From positions 35,682 to 99,681 of the IMG/VR virus record IMGVR_UViG_3300043410_001024: a DNA stretch of 64,000 nucleotides. One strand, 5' to 3'. The number at the start of each line of letters is the position of its first letter. The first letter of the stretch is position 1. Origin of the DNA: a virus. Both the position numbers and the translations under genes were made by a program. The notes beneath the pieces are model-generated. The model was given only the letters and a program-made list of their open reading frames with translations, searched no databases and had not been told where the DNA came from. Positions 40,445 through 47,822 of the stretch are shown piece by piece.

Positions 40445-43156
40445 TTATGCGATTCTGTTTCCAGATAATCCTTTTGTAGCTTTGACCTGACGTTTGGTAT
40501 CATTTGATATTTCAGCATTTGATGTTGCAATTTTACTCATTACCGCATGTATACCTGCTAACTCATCTAATAAATCTTTTAATGTTACCGCACGTTCACT
40601 AGATGCAACTGGTAATGGCACGGGTGGTGTTGTGGGTGCCGGTGGTGTTGTAGGTGCTGGTGGTGGTGCAGCGGGTTTCTCAGGTTCTTTTATTACTTTA
40701 GATGTATTTAACTTTTGTAAGTCGTTATATGACTTAATTTGACCAAAATTCTGCAAAGGATTATTTGATGATGTATCAGCATTTGGCTTAGTAAAGTCTT
40801 TATTAAACATATCAAAAATACCTTTGAATAACCCCGTTTTTGGTGTTTCAAGATTTGCCATTGGCTTTGGTTTGATATCTTTTAAAACATCAGCAGATGC
40901 GGTTTTTGTTTCCTTTTCATCAGGCATAATTTTCTTTTGCAAATCAGAAAAGGTATTACCAATATCATTAAAAATACCAGTAATATCGGGTGGTTCAAAT
41001 TCATCCGCCATGTTTGAAAAACTATCACCGATACCAGAAAACATCTCACCAACATCAGGTAATTCAAAATCATCAGACATATCTGAAAAAGTGTCCTCTA
41101 TATTAGAAAACATATCATCAAAATCAGGAATTTCAAATTTTTCAAACACATTGTTAAAGTTATTATCTATATTTTTGAATGTTTCATCATAATTAGGTGG
41201 TGTTATTTCTTTAGTAATATCTTCAAATTGTGAGGCTATAATGGTTGGATCTAACGGCGCCATTGAATTTTGCAAATTGGTAGCAATACCTGATAAATCT
41301 GGGAGTTTTTCCTCAGTTTTAGATACAGGTAACTCCTCGGTAACTTTCAATATTTCATTTGATATTTCTTCGTATGGATTTTTATCCGCACCAATACCGT
41401 TGATTATTGAACCAATGTGGTTAGTGAGTTGCGATCTAAATTCATTCATTTGCGACTTATTAGCAACCATTTCGTCACCGTGTAACAGTGCTAATTCACC
41501 ACCAGAATTAAACTTTTGAAATAAATTATCAAATGAACCGCCACCTTTTAAGAAATCTCTAATACCAGGGGTTCCGTCTGCAAAACTATTTTTTGGTTCG
41601 ACTTTTTGTTCAGTTGGTTTTGGTACGCCACGCACTAATTCTTCTGGAGTTTTAGTCGATGTGGTCGTTGGTGTTATAGATTTTATTATATCTTTTGGTA
41701 TTTCTTGTGCTTGTTCGGCGGTTCTTGGTTTTAGAATGGTATTATTAAATTTAGTTAATTCCTCACCAAATGTGTGTAACGATGATACCGCAGAATTTAC
41801 ACTTTTGGCCAGCCCAGCAGATGCATCACCTAATGTTCTATCCACATTGTTCAATGTTTGACCAATTTTAGTTCCAACATCTTTTAATGGTGCGCCAGTT
41901 TTTTCATCTAAGCCAGCAATATCACTTCTAACAGATTTTTTCTGGTCAGCTGCAACAGCGGCTAGACTAGCATCTTTTCCGGCGGTTTTTGCTTCAGCTT
42001 GACCAGCCATCATTGGCCCTAATAATTGACTACCAGTTTCTATACTAGATACAGCTTCACCATATCCACCTTTAACATATTGGACACTATCTATAAAATC
42101 TTCTTCATTTTGACGTCTAACAACAGCAAGTTTTGCGGCTTCCATTGCTTCATCAGCTTGACGTTTTAAATTAAGATCAGTTGAATTTTTTGCGGATTCT
42201 TGCTGTAATTTAATAGCTTTTTCTAATACAGGACCAGCATCTTTAAGTGCAGAAAACATCGTTGCACCTTCTTTGGTTTTGATACCGCCAGTCCAAACCT
42301 CGTCAGCGAATTTTTGAACACCAGGACCAAGCGTTGCAAATGCTGTTCGCATAGCATCATACCGTTCAGTACCACCTGGACCTAATTTACGATTTGTTAC
42401 ACTAACTTTAGCATCTTTTTTAGCGGCTTTTAGATCATCTAGTTGTTGTTGGCGACTGATACCAGTAATTCTAGTATTTTCTTCCATCGCACCGGCTAAT
42501 TCAATCGCGGAGGTGATAGCACGTCTTTTTGCCGTTTCATCAGCTAAATCAATCCCGCGTTTATGGACCATTGAGGCTTCACCAATCTCAGCGACCTCAG
42601 CTGCACTCACCCCAGCTTGGCGCATTAAGTTGACAAATTCTGTTTCACGCAATCCTTTCTCAAACGCCAATAAATTAGATTGAGATTTGTTCATGGTTGA
42701 ACCAATACCATTCAATTCCGTTGAACTACGACGCATCATTTCGGTATATTGCTGTTGGGTCATACCTGCCGATGCTAGTTTATCAGCGTAATCAGTGACG
42801 TTATTTCTTAAATTAACACCATATTTCCCAACTTCATTAAGACTATCATTAGTATTAATTAAGGTTTTACCCAACATTTCGGCGGATGAACCAACCAAAT
42901 TAGATAAAACTGGAATTTTTAATGGTAATGCATTAAACGCAGTTGTAACGACATCTAAAACGTCTTTTGTTTTCAATGAACTATTATATAAAGCGTTCAA
43001 TCCAGTTGCAGCAGTATTAGCAATAGCACCAATAGTACCTAAACCACCACTGCCACCGCCTCCACCGCCGCCCCCAGAGCTAACAATACCTCCACCACCG
43101 CCCCCGCGTAATGAACTTCTTATGTCACGAAGGATGTCTTCTACTGATTCTGCCAT
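40445..43156 (-). CDS. Tape-measure-like tail protein (903 aa)
   Basis: Long Ala-rich helical region, FADGT...G.LALLHG.E.V motif, amphipathic repeats; divergent from the gp26-like chaperone gene. Confidence 0.6.
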   Translation of the reverse strand: MAESVEDILRDIRSSLRGGGGGGIVSSGGGGGGGGSGGLGTIGAIANTAATGLNALYNSSLKTKDVLDVVTTAFNALPLKIPVLSNLVGSSAEMLGKTLINTNDSLNEVGKYGVNLRNNVTDYADKLASAGMTQQQYTEMMRRSSTELNGIGSTMNKSQSNLLAFEKGLRETEFVNLMRQAGVSAAEVAEIGEASMVHKRGIDLADETAKRRAITSAIELAGAMEENTRITGISRQQQLDDLKAAKKDAKVSVTNRKLGPGGTERYDAMRTAFATLGPGVQKFADEVWTGGIKTKEGATMFSALKDAGPVLEKAIKLQQESAKNSTDLNLKRQADEAMEAAKLAVVRRQNEEDFIDSVQYVKGGYGEAVSSIETGSQLLGPMMAGQAEAKTAGKDASLAAVAADQKKSVRSDIAGLDEKTGAPLKDVGTKIGQTLNNVDRTLGDASAGLAKSVNSAVSSLHTFGEELTKFNNTILKPRTAEQAQEIPKDIIKSITPTTTSTKTPEELVRGVPKPTEQKVEPKNSFADGTPGIRDFLKGGGSFDNLFQKFNSGGELALLHGDEMVANKSQMNEFRSQLTNHIGSIINGIGADKNPYEEISNEILKVTEELPVSKTEEKLPDLSGIATNLQNSMAPLDPTIIASQFEDITKEITPPNYDETFKNIDNNFNNVFEKFEIPDFDDMFSNIEDTFSDMSDDFELPDVGEMFSGIGDSFSNMADEFEPPDITGIFNDIGNTFSDLQKKIMPDEKETKTASADVLKDIKPKPMANLETPKTGLFKGIFDMFNKDFTKPNADTSSNNPLQNFGQIKSYNDLQKLNTSKVIKEPEKPAAPPPAPTTPPAPTTPPVPLPVASSERAVTLKDLLDELAGIHAVMSKIATSNAEISNDTKRQVKATKGLSGNRIA

Positions 43157-43181
43157 ATCTTAAAACCTCAAAAATGTACGT

Positions 43182-43205
43182 ATATAAATACTCTTATATT
43201 TATAT
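43182..43205. promoter_or_regulatory. Pair of inverted late promoters (TATAAATA + strand 43183-43190; TATAAATA - strand 43197-43204)
   Basis: ATATAAATA-CTCTTA-TATTTATAT between divergent genes. Confidence 0.75.
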
Positions 43206-43217
43206 TAGGAGTAATTC

Positions 43218-44045
43218 ATGTCGCAAAACCCATTGCAATCGTTTTTTAGACAACCAAAAATCTATGTTTCTTTACCAAGTAAAGGAATTTACAACAAGTT
43301 AGGTTCATTTCAAGGTGATCCAACTAATGTTCCAATTTTTAGTATGACTGGGGCTGATGAAATATTAATGAAAACTCCGGATGCGTTATATTCTGGGGAG
43401 GCAACTGTAAAATTATTTGAAAGTTGTTGCCCAGCTATAAAAGATGGGTGGGAAATTTCTTCATTAGATTCAGAACTATTATTAACAGCGATTAGAATAG
43501 CAACAAATGGTAATAAATTAGCGTTGGTACACCAATGCCCACATTGCGGTGAATTAAATGATTACGATGCAGATTTAAGTATAATCGTTGATCACTATGC
43601 AAGCTGCAAATATGAAAATAAGATTGTTATGAAAGATTTCACTATAAAATTACAGCCATTAACTTATAGAGAAAATAATGATTTTTCTCAACGGAATTTT
43701 AAAATTCAGCAAAGATTGAGAAGTATTGAAAATCTTACGGATGAAGATAGAAAGAAAGAAATAATTAACAATGTTTATAAAGAATTGAGTATTATTCAAA
43801 ACGAAATTTATACAGCATGCATTGAATCAATTGATATTGGTACCGCTATGGTAACTGAGAAAGAATTTATTTTAGAATGGATTCAAAATAGTGATAAATC
43901 TATAATCGATGCTATTAAAGTTATCTTTAATAAAAATAAAGAACTATGGAAAGTACCAACTGTAAAAGTAAAATGTTTTGATTGTAACAAAGATTCTGAA
44001 CTTTTGATAGAATTGGATCAGTCAAATTTTTTCGGGAACGCCTGA
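43218..44045 (+). CDS. gp26: Baseplate hub assembly protein / tail chaperone (T4 gp26-like)
   Basis: NPL..FFRQPKIY..LPS.G, MT..DEI..KTPDAL, D...LL.AIRIAT.G, two CxxC pairs (CPHC, CFDC), ends D.SNFF. Confidence 0.75.
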   Translation: MSQNPLQSFFRQPKIYVSLPSKGIYNKLGSFQGDPTNVPIFSMTGADEILMKTPDALYSGEATVKLFESCCPAIKDGWEISSLDSELLLTAIRIATNGNKLALVHQCPHCGELNDYDADLSIIVDHYASCKYENKIVMKDFTIKLQPLTYRENNDFSQRNFKIQQRLRSIENLTDEDRKKEIINNVYKELSIIQNEIYTACIESIDIGTAMVTEKEFILEWIQNSDKSIIDAIKVIFNKNKELWKVPTVKVKCFDCNKDSELLIELDQSNFFGNA

Positions 44046-44266
44046 TTAGATTATCCACAGAGGGTATAGCTGAATATCTAGTTAGGCTAGACGACGAGGT
44101 AAAACAATTTAAGCTAGAATTAGCTAAAATTTGTTGGTTTATGAGAGGTGGTGTTTCTTATGCGGATCTGCTCGATCGTTTTAGTGTTGACGATCGAGCA
44201 GCAATGTATGAAGTAATAAAAGAAAATATCGATAATACTAAAGCGGCAAAGATGCCACTGCTCTAA
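44033..44266 (+). CDS. Uncalled ORF (gp51-like position), predicted -1 frameshift extension of the gp26-like gene
   Basis: The -1 frame is open 44000-44266: RERLIRLSTEGIAEYLVRLDDEVKQFKLELAKICWFMRGGVSYADLLDRFSVDDRAAMYEVIKENIDNTKAAKMPLL*. Slippery T TTT TTC at 44027-44033. Confidence 0.7.
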   Translation, partial: RERLIRLSTEGIAEYLVRLDDEVKQFKLELAKICWFMRGGVSYADLLDRFSVDDRAAMYEVIKENIDNTKAAKMPLL

Positions 44267-45162
44267 ATTCTCATTTTTAATTGACCTGTTTCTGGGTCTC
44301 TATAGAACATATCACTAACGTACTCACCTTCTTTACCAGATGGTGTGGTACTACCAGCAGCTGCACCAGTGGCTTGAGTCGCTGGGGCGGTTGATGACTT
44401 CTTAAAATCTTTTAAATTAGGTGGTTCCACAGCTGGGGTCGTTGGGGCGGCATCGGTTTTACCATTCATATGATTATCTAATGCAGTTCCAGCTTTTTCA
44501 GCTGTTTCTTTTGCAAGTTCATATAATGATGTCATTTGTTTTAATGCCCAATTAGCCGCACCACCAGTTCCTTCTATTACTGGAACTGTTAGGAATTTTG
44601 CCAATGTTAATTGACCTTCTTTTGATGCCAAGATATTTAAATAAGCGGCTTGTACAGCTGGGGTGGCTGATAAAATAAGATCGCCAATGGGTGAACCTAT
44701 TTTCGGAACTAATCTTACAACTTGTGTTAAAATGGATGCAGTTCTTATGATACCGCTACCAACAATACCAGCAGCAACCGTTGTAATAAGTTCACCAGTT
44801 TGCTCTCTATCAGTTTGTTCATAGTCAGCTTGGGTCATTTGCCCCATCTGTAATGCCTCTTTAGCATTAGCCATATTATTATAGTAATCCATAAATGGTG
44901 TAGCTAATCCATATAATTTCAAACCTGATATCAGAGCGGAAACCGCAGGTGTAATATTTTTAAATAATTTTTTTAACTCAGCTAAATCTCGTTTGAACTG
45001 TCTTTCAGCAGCTGTTGGAGGTCTAGTTCTAGTCATTCTTCTTAAAGCAATATTGGCACGTCTAGCTCCACGAGCGGCAGATTTGGCAATACCACCGAAC
45101 ATGGTTGACAATATACTTTCATCTAATAATTCATCATCAGATATTAATTCGTTAATTTTCAT
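44263..45162 (-). CDS. Hypothetical late protein (299 aa), possibly head-packaged
   Basis: MKINELI...LDE start, late promoter TAAATA 45184-45189, low-complexity C-terminal linker. Confidence 0.6.
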   Translation of the reverse strand: MKINELISDDELLDESILSTMFGGIAKSAARGARRANIALRRMTRTRPPTAAERQFKRDLAELKKLFKNITPAVSALISGLKLYGLATPFMDYYNNMANAKEALQMGQMTQADYEQTDREQTGELITTVAAGIVGSGIIRTASILTQVVRLVPKIGSPIGDLILSATPAVQAAYLNILASKEGQLTLAKFLTVPVIEGTGGAANWALKQMTSLYELAKETAEKAGTALDNHMNGKTDAAPTTPAVEPPNLKDFKKSSTAPATQATGAAAGSTTPSGKEGEYVSDMFYRDPETGQLKMRI

Positions 45163-45186
45163 GATTTAAATCTCGTTTTAATATAT

Positions 45187-45462
45187 TTATGATTTAATTT
45201 TAGAACGTCTTTTTAGTTCTTCTTTAAACCCGCATACAATATTCATATTAGATGAGTTAGAACTAAACCACTCCAAATAATTACTAGGAATATTTTTATA
45301 TTTTGTGCCTTTGAATTTACCGAAATTCATGATAGTATTTTCAAAATCATATTCGATATGATTTTTATCAAATGAACTAATTGATCTCTCTGAATGTCTT
45401 AATCTAATGCCTTTATTATAATCGCTATCTTTTCTTTTTAAATAATATGCCTCAAGTGTCAT
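45187..45462 (-). CDS. Small protein with DUF3820-like FGK(F/Y)KG...IP..YL.W motif (91 aa)
   Basis: MNFGKFKGTKYKNIPSNYLEWF; SD AGGA; late promoter TATAAATA 45487-45494. Confidence 0.65.
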   Translation of the reverse strand: MTLEAYYLKRKDSDYNKGIRLRHSERSISSFDKNHIEYDFENTIMNFGKFKGTKYKNIPSNYLEWFSSNSSNMNIVCGFKEELKRRSKIKS

Positions 45463-45524
45463 CTGTATGTCCTATGAATGTAACATTATTTATAGGACAT
45501 GACAACTAATAATATTTAAAAATG

Positions 45525-45546
45525 AAAAAGGGGAACGATGTTCCCC
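45525..45546 (-). terminator. Rho-independent terminator closing the structured non-coding region
   Basis: GGGGAAC-ATC-GTTCCCC-TTTTT on the minus strand. Confidence 0.85.
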
Positions 45547-46047
45547 AGTTCGTCACTTACGTTCCTCACAATCTTTTTTAATTAATTATAGAACCATTAT
45601 AGTTTAATAATCGCTTTTGATTGCAAGTTCATCTAGATTACGAGATTGGAGGACATTTTTGCCCCCTTACGGGAGCAAAAAAAATTTTTGAAAATACTTT
45701 CAAAAATCGATGTTTCATCTGAGTTGACTTCAATCATCGGATTAGTGTTACACTGTTACAGAGGCGGTCAGCCGGTACCTCGAAGTGCGTTTTTGTTTCT
45801 TATGTCTGACGGTGGCATTACGAAAATACACTAATCATCTTCGTAATACGTGGGTAATTAACCCTCTTTAGCCTTTATTATTCCTGTTAAAATAGCAAAA
45901 TTGGTTATATGGGAAGGCATGTCCAATCATCATCCTTTCGGGTAGTTGCTAAGTGCCGCGCTGTTGTCACGTAGGTGTCATTCTCATTCAAGTGTGGAAT
46001 TTTTACCGCTCAATACGATCCCTGAGCTGGGTTAATCAACAGTGTAG

Positions 46048-46150
46048 TGCCTGTGATTGCCTGAAGAAATGCCTAAGATGTGCCTGAATTATAATAGTAG
46101 TTATTAAAACTAAAATTACGGATGCCTAAAAATGAAATTATTTTTTGCCT
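46048..46150 (-). repeat. Six AGGCA pentamer repeats
   Basis: TGCCT on the + strand at 46048, 46058, 46070, 46081, 46123 and 46146. Confidence 0.8.
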
Positions 46151-46161
46151 AAAATGATGGG

Positions 46162-47346
46162 TTATTCCAACCCATCTGTTATATCTTTTATTATTGCTGT
46201 ATAATACTCAATATTTTTAGAAATTCTCCATACCGCTTGGTATGATAATTGTGTTTTTAATGAAATTTCTTTAAGTGTCAAGTTATTGTTTATATCTTGG
46301 ATGATAGATGTATACAGTGGTAAATCATTTGAAATAGTTTTCTTTGTTTTGTCATACCCCCGTTTGATATTTGATTGCCTAGTTGCATTTTTGTGTGCAT
46401 CACTAAGTGATTTATTCAGTTCGGAACGTATTTTTGAACATTTAGCTTTTCTGTCTGGGTTTTCATCCCAGTTTTTTTTCATTGCTGCAACATGGTCGGA
46501 TGATAATGTTTTGCCCTTAGTTGCTTTGCTTATATTATCTTTCCAAATTTGTTTTTGTGTTTCATCCATTTTGTAATAACATGGTTTGCCATACATATTA
46601 TTGTTTTCACCAGTATGTTTTCCAGTGTTTATCTTTCTTAATTTTTCTTTTGTTTCAGTGGTGTGTTGAACTTTTTTTGTTTTTCCAGATAAATGTTGTT
46701 GTTTTGTATATTCGCTCAACATTTTTTTTATTTTAGTAGCTCGTTCAATCCCATATAATTCCTCGTATGATTTATTTTTGTTAAATGGTTCTTTACCATA
46801 CATTGGATTATTGTCGCCCCGATGATACGTATCTAACCATTCTTCATAATCTTCACGAGTCATTTTTTTAATCACCGTGGCATCGCCTGTAACAATTTTA
46901 CTAATACTAATTCTAAGTTCATCAGCAGTTTGTGATGGTGGTATAAATTTCACACCCGCTACTGCTCTATTGTAATATTTTTTTGTTATACCATCATCTA
47001 AGAGTTCACGTAATACATTATGTGTTATTTGATATTCCACCTCTGCATAATGCAGAGAACCTTTTGAACTATGTAATGACAGTATATCAAATTTGTAATT
47101 ATCTTTGCCATTGTTAGTAATGGCAAGATTTAGATGCTCTGATGAACCAGTATATGTTTTCCAATTTGATTCGGAAATTACTTTTTTTCTATTCTTTTTA
47201 CCTTTTATGATTTTTCTGGTAGTATTAAAAAATTGTTTTTTTCCAATATATTCCCGCCCAGTATTAATTTCAGTAATTTTGTATATAAAACCAAACCAGT
47301 CATTTGGTTCAAATTCTATGTTAAATCCCCAGTGCCCATAATCCAT
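46162..47346 (-). CDS. GIY-YIG (Seg-like) endonuclease with NUMOD3 repeats and C-terminal HTH-like segment (394 aa)
   Basis: GFIYKIT...GREYIGKK...W..Y.GSS...E...Q...YYN; GDNNPMYGK, HTTETKEKLR, GENNNMYGK; LKEISLKTQLSYQAVWRI. Confidence 0.85.
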   Translation of the reverse strand: MDYGHWGFNIEFEPNDWFGFIYKITEINTGREYIGKKQFFNTTRKIIKGKKNRKKVISESNWKTYTGSSEHLNLAITNNGKDNYKFDILSLHSSKGSLHYAEVEYQITHNVLRELLDDGITKKYYNRAVAGVKFIPPSQTADELRISISKIVTGDATVIKKMTREDYEEWLDTYHRGDNNPMYGKEPFNKNKSYEELYGIERATKIKKMLSEYTKQQHLSGKTKKVQHTTETKEKLRKINTGKHTGENNNMYGKPCYYKMDETQKQIWKDNISKATKGKTLSSDHVAAMKKNWDENPDRKAKCSKIRSELNKSLSDAHKNATRQSNIKRGYDKTKKTISNDLPLYTSIIQDINNNLTLKEISLKTQLSYQAVWRISKNIEYYTAIIKDITDGLE

Positions 47347-47407
47347 TTTATCCTCCTATATAAATAATATATGTATTATCTATTATTTATCCTGGAAGAT
47401 AAAATGG
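47343..47407 (-). promoter_or_regulatory. RBS/start-sequestering hairpin enclosing a late promoter
   Basis: CCATTTTATCTTCC pairs with GGAGGATAAAATGG (SD + ATG); TAAATA at 47384-47389 lies inside. Confidence 0.8.
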
Positions 47408-47420
47408 TGGGGTGTTATTG

Positions 47421-47771
47421 CTAATTATCTGAATTTTTATTTAATGCTTGAATTCGTTCTAATTTACGTTGTTTCTTAGTCGTTGATTTAAAGTTTCGCT
47501 CTTTGTTTGTTTTATCACTAATTTTCTTTTTCCATTCTAAAATGAACTTTCTTCTTTTTAGAGTTAGATGAGAAATTTCATTAAGCCAGAATCTAGCATC
47601 TTGTGCTGATTGTTTAGTTCCGGCTTGCATCCAATGTAAATTAGCTTTATAATACTGTTGGAATGCGTAAATTAGTTCATCATGCGTTGTATGGTCAGAT
47701 GGGATTTGTGATAACTGCCAAGAATATACTCTTGGTGCATATGCTTGTTCTGGGATTACTCTTTTAGCCAT
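47421..47771 (-). CDS. Small basic protein, possibly Hc1/histone-H1-like DNA-binding (116 aa from ATG 47771)
   Basis: G.K.SA..AR.WL.EI......RRK.I pattern and Lys-rich tail; the Hc1 resemblance is tentative. Confidence 0.55.
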   Translation of the reverse strand: MAKRVIPEQAYAPRVYSWQLSQIPSDHTTHDELIYAFQQYYKANLHWMQAGTKQSAQDARFWLNEISHLTLKRRKFILEWKKKISDKTNKERNFKSTTKKQRKLERIQALNKNSDN

Positions 47772-47778
47772 GTTGCGT

Positions 47779-47807
47779 ATTATACATAAAAAAATAGGGC
47801 TTGTCAA
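47779..47807 (-). promoter_or_regulatory. Consensus sigma70 (early) promoter TTGACA-17-TATAAT
   Basis: -35 at 47802-47807, -10 at 47779-47784, 17-nt spacer. Confidence 0.85.
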
Positions 47808-47817
47808 GCCCTATTTT
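47788..47817 (-). terminator. Rho-independent terminator after gp46
   Basis: AAAATAGGGCTT-GAC-AAGCCCTATTTTTTT on the minus strand. Confidence 0.8.
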
Positions 47818-47822
47818 AAAAT

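Larger units (their letters stand above)
45525..46150 (-). ncRNA. Candidate large structured ncRNA (~520-630 nt), family unassigned
   Basis: No credible ORF; at least seven helices, G-U pairs that work only on the minus strand, a GUAA tetraloop, a 9-bp loop pseudoknot, and a 3' terminator. Confidence 0.65.

Noticed and set aside
45646-45834. 62-aa plus-strand ORF in the non-coding region
   Set aside because: TTG start, no SD, no recognisable motif, and it lies antisense to strand-specific RNA structure.
45525-46150. Group I/II intron, RNase P, tmRNA or tRNA identity for the structured region
   Set aside because: No interrupted host gene, and I found no group I P7/R-S motifs, group II domain V, GAGGAAAGUCC or tRNA-like ends. 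A covariance search is still needed.
46048-46150. CRISPR array
   Set aside because: Repeats are only 5-8 nt with irregular spacing, and no cas genes are present.
47359-47366. Plus-strand TATAAATA as an antisense late promoter
   Set aside because: It follows from the inverted repeat forming the RBS hairpin and has no downstream plus-strand gene, though activity is not excluded.
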